From NCBI GenBank assembly GCA_026395955.1, contig JAPLXR010000007.1, positions 65,957 through 129,956 of the forward strand: a DNA stretch of 64,000 nt, given 5' to 3'. Numbering within the stretch: position 1 is the first letter of the stretch; each line of letters opens with the position of its first letter. Shown one piece after another: positions 35,904 to 44,901 of the stretch. Under the pieces are notes generated by a model that was not told the DNA's origin, made no database searches, and was given only the letters and a program-made list of their open reading frames with translations. A program made the position numbers and the translations under genes. This DNA comes from Candidatus Nomurabacteria bacterium. Its GTDB lineage: Bacteria > Patescibacteriota > Minisyncoccia > Phycocordibacterales > UBA9973.

Positions 35904-38900
35904 GTGTTTTATAATTTATATATGGGGTATGCAATAAAACGATTTCGTTTGTTGTTTATTTTTTTAACTATTTTTGTTTGCAGTTTTTATTTTTCACATC
36001 CAGTTTTTGCTTCTACAAATGTGACTGATGATATTAGTGAAAACATTACATGGAATATAGTAGGTAGCCCCTATGTCGTGCAGAACGACATTTTTATTTT
36101 TTCTGGAGCGACACTCACTATCGAGCCAGGGGTTATTGTAAAATTTGCGAATCACTCTTCATTGAATGTCGCTGGAAATATTATCGCGAATGGTACAGTT
36201 AATAATCAAATAATATTTACTTCTATTAACGACGATTCTGTCGGAGGTGATACTAATGAAGACTTAGACATGACTATTCCACAGGCTAGTGATTGGAGTG
36301 GTTTTTATTTTATTGATTCACAGAACTCTTCTTTTACTAATGTTGATTTCAGGTATGCAGCAAATATTTTCACGACTGATAATTCAGCTATTACTTTTCA
36401 GGATATAGATATGTTTATGAGTGATGCAGGAATTGTTGCTTTTGATAGTAGTCATATTACTGTCGACAATATGACAGCGCAAAATATCCGGACTGATGTA
36501 CTAGTAGCAGGGGAGCAAAGTACTATTAATGCAAATCATGTAGAAATGCAAAATATTACTCAGTATACTGTTACAGCTTTGAATGGTAGTACTATTTCTC
36601 TAGATAATTCTAGTATTAAAGATATTTCACAATTGAATGCTATCTCTATTTTGAATGACAGTATTTTTACTGCAGATCATTTAGATGTAGAGAATTTTGA
36701 AGATTATAATTCTGATATGGTGGACGTTTTTAATCATAGTAATGTGTTGTTGGACCATTCAACTTTTAAAAATTGTCCTGGTGGAGCTTGTATCACTTTT
36801 TATGATGTTGGGAATTATATTAATACTCCTTCGAGTATCACTGTCTCGCATACATTATTTGACGGAGGTATGGGTTCTGCCTTTATGAGTTTCGGTACGA
36901 GTGCAATCGTTACGAACATTTCAAATAATACGATAAAGAATTTCGACTATTTAGGAATAGAGGATTACAATACGACGACGATACATGCGGAAAATAATTA
37001 CTGGGGTGATGCGTCGGGTCCGTACAATGAGACTCAAAATCCAAATGGACTCGGCAGTGGCGTGACGGACAATGTCGATTTCATACCTTTCCTTACGACA
37101 GACCCGCTCATCGTCCGCACACCGGTTATACTCATCCCGGGGATTATGGGCTCGTATTTGGATAGGAATTTCGGTGATGATGGCGAAGTGTGGATCAATA
37201 TCAATCACATGATCACTTCTATCTCGGATGATTTTTTAAATGATTTAGCACTCCGACCAGACGGCACCGAGGACCCAGCCAAGCCTATACAAGTGGGCGA
37301 CATTATTCGCACGATTACGGCAAATGTTTTGGGCACGACACATGTGACGCATAGTTTCGATGGACTCATCGACGAGCTGGAAAGTGGTGGCTATACTGAA
37401 GGCACGGACCTTTTTGTGTTTCCATATGATTGGAGAAAAAATGACAAAGATGCAACGATTTTGCTCGACAGCAAAATCGTTGCCGTCCTCGCCCAGACCG
37501 GCGCCTCCAAAGTCGACATCGTCGCGCACAGCATGGGCGGACTCGTGGCCAAAGAATACATCGCCCAAAACGGTGCCGAGAAAATCGACAAGCTCATCTT
37601 CCTCGGCACGCCACACCTTGGCGCACCGAAAGCTTATAAAGTTTTAACTTACGGAGATGATATGGGAATAAATATTTTGTTTCATAGTATTCCTTTGTTA
37701 AACGCGAATAGAGTAAAATTTATTTCACAAAATATGCCAGGGGTTTTTGAGCTTTTACCGAGCCAGAAATATATTACAGACTTTGGACCCTATGTGACAA
37801 ATGCAAAAATTAATCATGTACAAGATTTGGATTATACGAGTACGAAAGACTTTATGAATACACAAGGTCGCAATACTGCTATTTTTACACCAGCTGAGAG
37901 TGTGCATAATGATATAGATAATTTAAATTTGTTAGGAACAGATGTGTATAATTTTGCTGGTTGTGGCAAGACGAAAACAATAGGAAAAATACGAGTGGGG
38001 AAGAAGAGAGATTGGACACACCTCGGCCTCACTTGGAAAGACGATGTGAGTATTACTTATACAAATGGGGATGAGACAGTGCCACTATCTTCGGCTACTA
38101 GTGTCGATGCTTTCAATACATACTTTGTAAAAAATATTTCCCATATGGATCTGCCTTCTGCTGATGGGTTGAAGCAAGACGTCCTCGCTATTTTATCTGG
38201 CTCTGCATTACCTAGCTCACCAGTTATTTTGTCGGATGAAGCTGACTGTACGACTTCAGGGCACACTGTGTCTGTGCATAGTCCGGCAACTCTCGATATT
38301 TATGATAGCTTAGGGAATCACACAGGATTGAATGCTGATGGTGATATTGAATACGGTATCCCTGCAGTGAGTTACGATATTTTTGATGATGTGAAATATG
38401 CATTCCTACCAGATGGCCAAGATTATAAAATAGTGAATCATGCTACTGACACAGGAGGATATAGTTTAGCCATAGATGATGTAGCGAGTAATGACGAAGT
38501 CACAAATACTTTTTCTTGGAACCTCGTACCATTTCAGACTTTGAATACAAGTGCAGAGATAAATATCGGTCCTAGTTTTCCTGAAAATGAATATGTATTA
38601 AAAGCCGATGAAAATGGTGATGGAACTTTCGAGAAAAATTTCCCTGTGAATTTCGATGGTACGAGCCTAGCCGAAAAGGCAGAAGAAAAACCGCATCATT
38701 CTAGCGGTGGCAGTATTCTGGTAATTCTCGACAGGAAAGATGATAATAAAAAAGAAGAAACAGAAGTTAAAAATATTCCTGAATTAGAAATGTCGGACCT
38801 TGAGAATTTGGATATTAAAGGTCCAACCTTGAAGAGTTCTGTATTTAAAAGGTCGTTCCTTAAAGGTACCCAAGGTGCGACCTTAAAGCATTTGAGTCCT

Positions 38901-39017
38901 GATCCTGTATCTCAAACAGCTTCCGCTATAAATTCAGACTTCAATATCAAGAATATACTCACAATCCTTTCTGTTTGCATTTTAGCTTTTATTATAGGAA
39001 GAAAATTGTTAAAATAG
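35904..39017 (+). CDS. large secreted, C-terminally membrane-anchored protein: N-terminal right-handed parallel beta-helix repeats + central GC-rich alpha/beta-hydrolase (lipase/PGAP1/LCAT-like, AHSMGG nucleophile elbow) domain
   Basis: 1037 aa. Signal/TM at the N-terminus, repeated beta-helix-like segments (NxxGxI/V pattern). The lipase-like serine motif IVAHSMGGLVAKEY is encoded in a markedly GC-rich stretch (about 36950-37650). C-terminal TM (ILTILSVCILAFIIG). Confidence 0.55.
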   Translation: MFYNLYMGYAIKRFRLLFIFLTIFVCSFYFSHPVFASTNVTDDISENITWNIVGSPYVVQNDIFIFSGATLTIEPGVIVKFANHSSLNVAGNIIANGTVNNQIIFTSINDDSVGGDTNEDLDMTIPQASDWSGFYFIDSQNSSFTNVDFRYAANIFTTDNSAITFQDIDMFMSDAGIVAFDSSHITVDNMTAQNIRTDVLVAGEQSTINANHVEMQNITQYTVTALNGSTISLDNSSIKDISQLNAISILNDSIFTADHLDVENFEDYNSDMVDVFNHSNVLLDHSTFKNCPGGACITFYDVGNYINTPSSITVSHTLFDGGMGSAFMSFGTSAIVTNISNNTIKNFDYLGIEDYNTTTIHAENNYWGDASGPYNETQNPNGLGSGVTDNVDFIPFLTTDPLIVRTPVILIPGIMGSYLDRNFGDDGEVWININHMITSISDDFLNDLALRPDGTEDPAKPIQVGDIIRTITANVLGTTHVTHSFDGLIDELESGGYTEGTDLFVFPYDWRKNDKDATILLDSKIVAVLAQTGASKVDIVAHSMGGLVAKEYIAQNGAEKIDKLIFLGTPHLGAPKAYKVLTYGDDMGINILFHSIPLLNANRVKFISQNMPGVFELLPSQKYITDFGPYVTNAKINHVQDLDYTSTKDFMNTQGRNTAIFTPAESVHNDIDNLNLLGTDVYNFAGCGKTKTIGKIRVGKKRDWTHLGLTWKDDVSITYTNGDETVPLSSATSVDAFNTYFVKNISHMDLPSADGLKQDVLAILSGSALPSSPVILSDEADCTTSGHTVSVHSPATLDIYDSLGNHTGLNADGDIEYGIPAVSYDIFDDVKYAFLPDGQDYKIVNHATDTGGYSLAIDDVASNDEVTNTFSWNLVPFQTLNTSAEINIGPSFPENEYVLKADENGDGTFEKNFPVNFDGTSLAEKAEEKPHHSSGGSILVILDRKDDNKKEETEVKNIPELEMSDLENLDIKGPTLKSSVFKRSFLKGTQGATLKHLSPDPVSQTASAINSDFNIKNILTILSVCILAFIIGRKLLK

Positions 39018-39093
39018 ATATAACTTGTCCCGTTAGAAAATCAGCGGGCATAAGTAAATCACTGAAGTTTTATTAATTAAATTTTCTAACGGG

Positions 39094-39429
39094 ATGATTA
39101 ATTGGATTCAAAAAACTTTTCATACAGATAAATGGTGGGGGAAGGCTATTTTTATGCTTTTAACTTACACTATTTATTGGTGTGTGTTTTATGGAAGTTT
39201 GTCTTTAATTTCTGAAGACGCATTTGTAGGCAATGATTATGCTGGTATTATTTTGATTTCCTACGTATTTATTTTTGTTCCAGTTGTTAGTTTTTTATTA
39301 ATGAATTCTATAAAAAAATTTATAAATATTAGACACCCATATTTATTAAATATAGTATTTTTAATACTCTCTTTAGTTTTGTTTTTTTACATTGATTTAA
39401 TAAAATCAATGCCTCACTGGCTTAGTTAA
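39094..39429 (+). CDS. small membrane protein (hypothetical)
   Basis: 111 aa with three predicted TM segments. Confidence 0.3.
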   Translation: MINWIQKTFHTDKWWGKAIFMLLTYTIYWCVFYGSLSLISEDAFVGNDYAGIILISYVFIFVPVVSFLLMNSIKKFINIRHPYLLNIVFLILSLVLFFYIDLIKSMPHWLS

Positions 39430-39432
39430 ACA

Positions 39433-39714
39433 ATGAAAAAGAATTTTAATATACAGGCGAAGGTGTGGCGATGGCCAGGGGATGGGGGCTGGCATTTTGT
39501 GAATCTCGATCAAAAAGTCTCTAAATAAATTCGAGATGTGTATACTCGTGGTTTTGTAAAAGTATCTGCCATTATCGGACGCACGTCTTGGGATGCGTCA
39601 CTCTTGCCGAGTAAAAGGGACGCCAGCTATCTGCTCTGTGTCAAAAAACTCGTCCGCCAAAAAGAAGGAATTTTTGACGGCGATATGGTTAAAATTAAAT
39701 TTAAGATAAAGTAG
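39433..39714 (+). pseudogene. GC-rich DUF1905-like small protein gene interrupted by a single in-frame TAA (39526-39528)
   Basis: Not in the ORF track. Same-frame translation MKKNFNIQAKVWRWPGDGGWHFVNLDQKVSK*IRDVYTRGFVKVSAIIGRTSWDASLLPSKRDASYLLCVKKLVRQKEGIFDGDMVKIKFKIK. The W.WPG.GGW.FV.L...TSW..SL.P...G.YLLP.K motifs resemble the DUF1905 family. Composition is much more GC-rich than its flanks. Confidence 0.4.
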
Positions 39715-39819
39715 TTTTCCACACTTGCTTGTGAACGATTGTTCACTTATAATATGGTTGTGAGTGAAAGGTTTAAATTGTTAGGAAAATGATTTAAAAT
39801 AAGGTAAAATTTAAAGGAT

Positions 39820-40983
39820 ATGAAATTAAAAGATACAGTTGATACAATTAAAATTTTTCCAAGTCATCCATTTCAAGACAAACTTTTTGAAGTTCTTGAA
39901 AGTGAAAGATTTAATTATGATATTGTTGCAGAAAAAATAAAAGAAACTTATTTATATACTCCACAACTAAAAGAAAATCGTTTTCAATTACAAAATAGAA
40001 GATATATAGGTTCAAAACATAAACTTATAGAATGGATCTTTTCTGTTATTAATAAAGAATGTAGAGGGACTTCTTTTGCTGATATTTTTGCTGGTACTGG
40101 AATTGTTTCTGCTATTGCAGCTAAGCATTTTGAAAAAATAACTATTAATGATTTTTTATACTCAAACTACGTAACTTATCAAGCCTTTTTTAGTAATAAT
40201 GATTGGGATTCTAATAAGATAGAAGGACTGATTAATTATTACAATAATATTGATGTTTTAAATTTGAAAGAAAATTACTTTTCTAAAAATTTTGGTGGAA
40301 AGTATTTTAGTCAAAAATCAGCAAAAATAATAGGATTTATAAGAGATAATATTGAAGAAATTAAGAAAACTCTTACAGATAGAGAATATTATATTTTACT
40401 TTCATCCTTACTTTATTCAATAGATAAGATTGCTAATACAGTTGGGCACTATGATGCATACTTTAAAAAAGATTCGTTGGAAGATAGGTTTATTTTAAAA
40501 TTAATAGACCCAATTAAGGTTGCTGATATTTCTATCTTTAAAGAAGATGCTAATATTCTAGTAAAGAAAATTAAAACAGATATTGCTTATATAGATCCAC
40601 CATATAATTCTAGACAATATAGTAGATTTTATCATGTTTTAGAAACTTTGATTAAATGGGATAAACCACTTTTGCATGGTGTTGCATTAAAACCTGAACC
40701 AGAAAATATGAGTGATTACTGTCGTGTGAGTGCAAGAGAAAAATTTGCAGAATTAATAAAAGACATAGATGCAAAGTATTTAGTTGTTTCCTATAATAAT
40801 ACTTATGATTCAAAAAGTCATTCTTCTCAAAATAAGATTAATTTACAAGAAATAAAAGATATTTTAAACCAAAAAGGTAAGACTAAAGTTTTTGAAAAAG
40901 ATTATAGACATTTTAATGCTGGTAATACAGATTTTAATAATCACAAAGAATATCTTTTTGTTACTGAAGTAAATCATGTCTAA
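39820..40983 (+). CDS. N6-adenine DNA methyltransferase, D12 (Dam) class
   Basis: YIGSKHKL (Dam YxGxK motif), FADIFAGTG (FxGxG SAM-binding) and DPPY catalytic motif. Confidence 0.7.
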   Translation: MKLKDTVDTIKIFPSHPFQDKLFEVLESERFNYDIVAEKIKETYLYTPQLKENRFQLQNRRYIGSKHKLIEWIFSVINKECRGTSFADIFAGTGIVSAIAAKHFEKITINDFLYSNYVTYQAFFSNNDWDSNKIEGLINYYNNIDVLNLKENYFSKNFGGKYFSQKSAKIIGFIRDNIEEIKKTLTDREYYILLSSLLYSIDKIANTVGHYDAYFKKDSLEDRFILKLIDPIKVADISIFKEDANILVKKIKTDIAYIDPPYNSRQYSRFYHVLETLIKWDKPLLHGVALKPEPENMSDYCRVSAREKFAELIKDIDAKYLVVSYNNTYDSKSHSSQNKINLQEIKDILNQKGKTKVFEKDYRHFNAGNTDFNNHKEYLFVTEVNHV

Positions 40984-41887
40984 AAAAATTAAAAGATCAC
41001 CTTTATTTTATGTTGGTGATAAATATAAGTTAATGAGTCAAATATCTGAGCTTTTTCCTATAAAAATTAATAATTTTTATGAGCCATTTACTGGTGGAGG
41101 AACAGTTTTTTTGAATATAGAAGCAAATAACTATTATTTAAATGATATTGATAAAAATTTAATTGATATTCATAATTTTTTAATGAAAAGTTCAAGTAAT
41201 TCAAAAAAGTTTTTCAGAAATGTTGGAAACATAATAAAACAATTTAATTTATCAAAATCTTATGAAAAAGACATTATCTCTGTTTCTTTAAGAAAAACTT
41301 GGTTAAAAACATACTTTGCAAAATTTAATAAAGTTGGGTATGAAAAAATAAAAAAAATAGTAAATTTAAGTAAAAAAAAAGACCCCTTAATGCTATACAT
41401 ATTACTTATATATGGTTTTAACAGAATGCTACGTTTTAATAGTAGCGGTGACTTTAACTTACCTGTTGGGAATGTTGATTTTAATAAAAATGTTTTTAAG
41501 GCATTAAATGAATATTTTGACTTTGTGAAAAATAAAAAGATATATTTTACCTCTTTAGATTTTAAGGAGTTTTTTATGAAGAAAAATTATAAAAAAGATG
41601 ATTTTGTTTATTTAGATCCTCCTTATCTAATAACATCAAGTGAATATAATAAATTATGGAACAGTAAATCAGAATCTGATTTACTTGAAACTATTGATCA
41701 ATTAGATAAAAAAGGAGTTAAATTTGCACTATCTAATGTAACTCATTATAATGGCCGCAAAAATAATTTTTTGATAAAATGGATGAAAAAGTATAAAGTA
41801 CATAAAGTAACTAGCAATTATATTAGTTATCATAATAATTCAACTAAAAATATTAAAGAAGTTTTAATAACAAATTATGACAAATAA
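40976..41887 (+). CDS. second N6-adenine DNA methyltransferase, D12 (Dam) class
   Basis: FYVGDKYKL, FYEPFTGGGTVFL and YLDPPY motifs. Overlaps the upstream MTase gene by 8 nt. Confidence 0.7.
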   Translation: MSKKIKRSPLFYVGDKYKLMSQISELFPIKINNFYEPFTGGGTVFLNIEANNYYLNDIDKNLIDIHNFLMKSSSNSKKFFRNVGNIIKQFNLSKSYEKDIISVSLRKTWLKTYFAKFNKVGYEKIKKIVNLSKKKDPLMLYILLIYGFNRMLRFNSSGDFNLPVGNVDFNKNVFKALNEYFDFVKNKKIYFTSLDFKEFFMKKNYKKDDFVYLDPPYLITSSEYNKLWNSKSESDLLETIDQLDKKGVKFALSNVTHYNGRKNNFLIKWMKKYKVHKVTSNYISYHNNSTKNIKEVLITNYDK

Positions 41888-43454
41888 AGGCAAAAAAAGA
41901 AGATCAGAATATAAGCAAGTACAGTTTGAAACTGCTGTAAGAAATCCAGACAGGTATATATCTATACTTCGTTCGATAAAGAATTATGATGGTTGCATTT
42001 TAAATGATGATATCCTGTTGGAAATTGTATCTAATTTATATTTATTGGGTGAATTTTCTAGTGACGAGATAAATATTTCTGAAAATACAAATTTAAAAGA
42101 CATTACTGATTTAGTTATCAAAGTAAACTCCACAAGAAATGGTGATGGAGGTTTTCCTAAAGGGTATGCTTCTCGTTTTTGGACTTATATGAGAACACCT
42201 TCAGAGCTTGGAATGATTTACGCTCGTTATAATGAACCACTTTTATTTTCTGAAGTATCTAAAATGCTTTTAGCTGGTGTTATTGATGAACAAGAGGCTT
42301 TTTCTGTTCAAGAAATGAAATGTAACAGAAGATCACCATATAAAAATGTTAGTAATGATTTTAATTTTTTTAAATTAGTTTTAAATACATTATCATATTT
42401 ACATGATAAAGGTAAGCAGCTTAGTTTTGAACAATTTATTGTTCTAATGTTCAACCAAAGTGGAAATATAAATGAAACAATTGAACTGCTTTTAGAGAAT
42501 AAATTCCCAACTGAAGAAAGTGTCTATAATTTTGTAAACGAACACTACTCAAATACTCTTAAACCTAGTACTGTATTAAGAGACTACCCTGATGTCACAA
42601 GAAGACTAATGATAATTTCTGGTTTTATAACTATAAAATATAAAGGTATCAAATTTATAGAAATAAATGAAGATAAGTTAGATTACATAAAAGAATTATT
42701 ATCTGTTGAGTTTTCTTTAACAGAAGATGAAAAGATAGATGCTAAAAAGTACTTTTTAAAATTAGGGACATTTGACGATAAATATTTTAATATCGTAAAG
42801 AAATATAGAGTAATTGATAAAATAGACGGAAAAGGATATACAAATAAACTTGTTTCTTTAATTAAAGAGTATAGAATAACTGAAAATAATATTATAGAAG
42901 GAATACATAAAATTTATGAAAGAAATAATCCAATACACCCTGAATTTGATATAATACCTCCACCTCTTAGGCTAGAATTTTTCCTGTCTATTTTAATAGT
43001 ACTAAAATATGAAAAAGAATTTAATATAAGGCCAAATTATAAGGCTGATCATTTAGGTAAGCCATATTCTCATGCACCAGGTAATAACGGAGACATTGAT
43101 ATATATTCTAATGAAATATATTGGTTACTTGAGGTTACCCTTATCCGTACAAAACAACAGTTGCTTAATAATGAAACAAGCACTCTTATAAGACATCTAA
43201 ATGAAACTGAAGAATTTAAAAATTACCAAAAGAAATATTTATCATTAGTAGCACCAATAATACATCAAGATACAGAAAATTATTTTCGTATTTCTTTAAT
43301 TGATAATCAAATGTTAGATAAAAAACTTAGCATAAAGCCATATAATATAATCAATTTTATTGATGTTACTTTAAAAAAGAACAATTTTTTTGATATGGAA
43401 AGCCATTCAAGTAGAATCTTTGAAGATTTTAAATCCAAAATTAATTTAAATTAG
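41877..43454 (+). CDS. candidate restriction endonuclease of the two-methyltransferase (Type IIS-like) R-M cassette
   Basis: 525 aa. Overlaps the second MTase gene by 11 nt. The C-terminal region has a possible PD-(D/E)xK-like arrangement (GDIDIY...LLEVTLIRTK). The assignment rests mainly on context. Confidence 0.3.
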   Translation: MTNKGKKRRSEYKQVQFETAVRNPDRYISILRSIKNYDGCILNDDILLEIVSNLYLLGEFSSDEINISENTNLKDITDLVIKVNSTRNGDGGFPKGYASRFWTYMRTPSELGMIYARYNEPLLFSEVSKMLLAGVIDEQEAFSVQEMKCNRRSPYKNVSNDFNFFKLVLNTLSYLHDKGKQLSFEQFIVLMFNQSGNINETIELLLENKFPTEESVYNFVNEHYSNTLKPSTVLRDYPDVTRRLMIISGFITIKYKGIKFIEINEDKLDYIKELLSVEFSLTEDEKIDAKKYFLKLGTFDDKYFNIVKKYRVIDKIDGKGYTNKLVSLIKEYRITENNIIEGIHKIYERNNPIHPEFDIIPPPLRLEFFLSILIVLKYEKEFNIRPNYKADHLGKPYSHAPGNNGDIDIYSNEIYWLLEVTLIRTKQQLLNNETSTLIRHLNETEEFKNYQKKYLSLVAPIIHQDTENYFRISLIDNQMLDKKLSIKPYNIINFIDVTLKKNNFFDMESHSSRIFEDFKSKINLN

Positions 43455-43497
43455 TTTTGATAGTTTTTCTTTTTAGTTAGGAGTATTATTAATAAAT

Positions 43498-44235
43498 ATG
43501 AATACATTTAAACAAGCAGCAGTTGAAATATTAAAAAAATCAAAAGAACCATTACATTATAGTGAAATAACTAGATTGGCCTTAGAATCAGGTATTTTAG
43601 AAACCGAAGGTGCTACACCTGAGGCTTCAATGATTGCTCAGATTACAGTTGATATTAAAAATAAAAAAAGTGGTTCAGATTTTGTTAAAACTGCTCCTGG
43701 TGTTTTTGCTTTAAATAAAAATAAAAAAGAAATAAAACAAACAGTTAAAATAATCGAAGCAGAAAAAGAAGAAGAAGAAAAGATAATAGTAGAAGGAGGG
43801 TATACAGGAAAGGCAGGCGAACATTTGGTTTGTAGTGAATTAATCTTTCGTGGTTTCAATGCAAGTATAATGAGTGTAGATGTAGGGATGGATATTGTTG
43901 CTGTAAAAGAAAATCAGTTATATGGAATTCAAGTTAAGACATCAAATCTTAATAAATTTGACACATATATTTTTGATGTAAGAAAGGTCTCTTTTGAGAG
44001 ACATAGTACAAGTAATATTTATTATATATTTGTTTTACATAGTCTTACAAAAAATAATTATTTAATTCTACCATTTCACGAAATGGAGAAAAAAATGCAC
44101 GATGGTGCAATATTAGAAATATTAAATGGTAAAAAATATAGAGTAAATATTAAGTTTAGAAATGACAAAGTTTATTTAGGAACTATGAATCATGAAATGG
44201 GTTATTTTTTAAATAATTGGAGTATTATAAAATAA
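43498..44235 (+). CDS. HARE-HTH domain protein fused to a restriction-endonuclease-like (PD-(D/E)xK) domain
   Basis: The N-terminus (FKQAAVEILKKSKEPLHYSEITRLALESGILETEGATPEASMIAQITVDIKN...FVKTAPGVFAL) matches the HARE-HTH pattern found in RNAP delta and restriction enzymes. The C-terminus has D...VD.GMDIVAV...GIQVKT, an acidic/lysine arrangement consistent with a PD-(D/E)xK core. Confidence 0.4.
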   Translation: MNTFKQAAVEILKKSKEPLHYSEITRLALESGILETEGATPEASMIAQITVDIKNKKSGSDFVKTAPGVFALNKNKKEIKQTVKIIEAEKEEEEKIIVEGGYTGKAGEHLVCSELIFRGFNASIMSVDVGMDIVAVKENQLYGIQVKTSNLNKFDTYIFDVRKVSFERHSTSNIYYIFVLHSLTKNNYLILPFHEMEKKMHDGAILEILNGKKYRVNIKFRNDKVYLGTMNHEMGYFLNNWSIIK

Positions 44236-44242
44236 ATTATTA

Positions 44243-44506
44243 ATGACAAACAAATACGAACAAAAAGCCGAAATAGAAATAGATTTACATGGATATACAA
44301 TGCTTGAAGCAGGGGAGGTTTTGGATGCTTTGTTTAGAGAGATGAAATACAAACATGTCCGCATCATCACTGGTAAAGGCAAGAATAGTGAGAATGGTCC
44401 CGTCTTGCCGAACTTTGTGCGAAACTATTTGAATTCCCGCGGGGTACATTACAATCAATCCAAACTTCAATCCGGCGGCTCCGGCGCCCTCGAAGTTTTC
44501 CTTTAG
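44243..44506 (+). CDS. standalone Smr (small MutS-related) domain protein
   Basis: 87 aa. IDLHGYTMLEA...VRIITGKGKNSENGPVL is the Smr nuclease-domain signature. The 3' half is GC-rich. Confidence 0.6.
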   Translation: MTNKYEQKAEIEIDLHGYTMLEAGEVLDALFREMKYKHVRIITGKGKNSENGPVLPNFVRNYLNSRGVHYNQSKLQSGGSGALEVFL

Positions 44507-44507
44507 T

Positions 44508-44533
44508 TAACATCCTTACATACTGGAGTTTGT
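44508..44533. repeat. 26-nt direct repeat copy A (taacatccttacatactggagtttgt), upstream of the ArsR-family gene
   Basis: An identical 26-mer recurs at 44856-44881. Each copy continues into its own hairpin. Confidence 0.7.
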
Positions 44534-44558
44534 CAGTATGTCGTAATATAATATAAAT

Positions 44559-44849
44559 ATGACAAAATTAAAAACTGCAAAACAAATGGAGCGACACTTG
44601 AAAGGCATGTCAAACCATCATCGTATTGAGATTTTATTATTAATAGGAAAACAAAATGGTATCACTCTCGATCAGATTATTAATTCACTCGATGCTAACC
44701 CAAAGACAATAGGTGAGCATACTCGTCGTCTATGTGTCGCTGGTTTGGTAAATAAAAAGTACAAAGGCCGATTTGTAGAGCATTCATTGTCTCCATATGG
44801 AAAGACTTTTTATAATTTTCTCAAAGCATTTCAAAACCTCGCTCAATAA
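44559..44849 (+). CDS. ArsR/SmtB-family winged-HTH transcriptional regulator
   Basis: 96 aa. HHRIEILLLIGKQNGITLDQIINSLDANPKTIGEHTRRLCVAGLV follows the ArsR HTH pattern. Confidence 0.6.
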   Translation: MTKLKTAKQMERHLKGMSNHHRIEILLLIGKQNGITLDQIINSLDANPKTIGEHTRRLCVAGLVNKKYKGRFVEHSLSPYGKTFYNFLKAFQNLAQ

Positions 44850-44855
44850 CTTTAA

Positions 44856-44881
44856 TAACATCCTTACATACTGGAGTTTGT
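44856..44881. repeat. 26-nt direct repeat copy B, downstream of the ArsR-family gene; extends into the 11-bp-arm hairpin aacatccttac...gtaaggatgtt (44857-44890)
   Basis: Exact repeat of 44508-44533. Confidence 0.7.
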
Positions 44882-44901
44882 AAGGATGTTGAAATTACAT
44901 A

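Noticed and set aside
39526-39528. In-frame TAA in the DUF1905-like gene as evidence of stop-codon reassignment (suppressor tRNA at 59963-60052)
   Set aside because: The unusual tRNA has anticodon ACT, not TTA/CTA/TCA. Many confidently annotated genes in the window terminate at TAA directly followed by terminators. Pseudogene or sequencing error is the simpler explanation.
44508-44881. The two identical 26-nt repeats as a CRISPR array
   Set aside because: Only two copies, ~320 nt apart, with a protein-coding gene between them. No cas genes and no regular spacer-sized spacing. No CRISPR-like arrays were seen elsewhere in the window.
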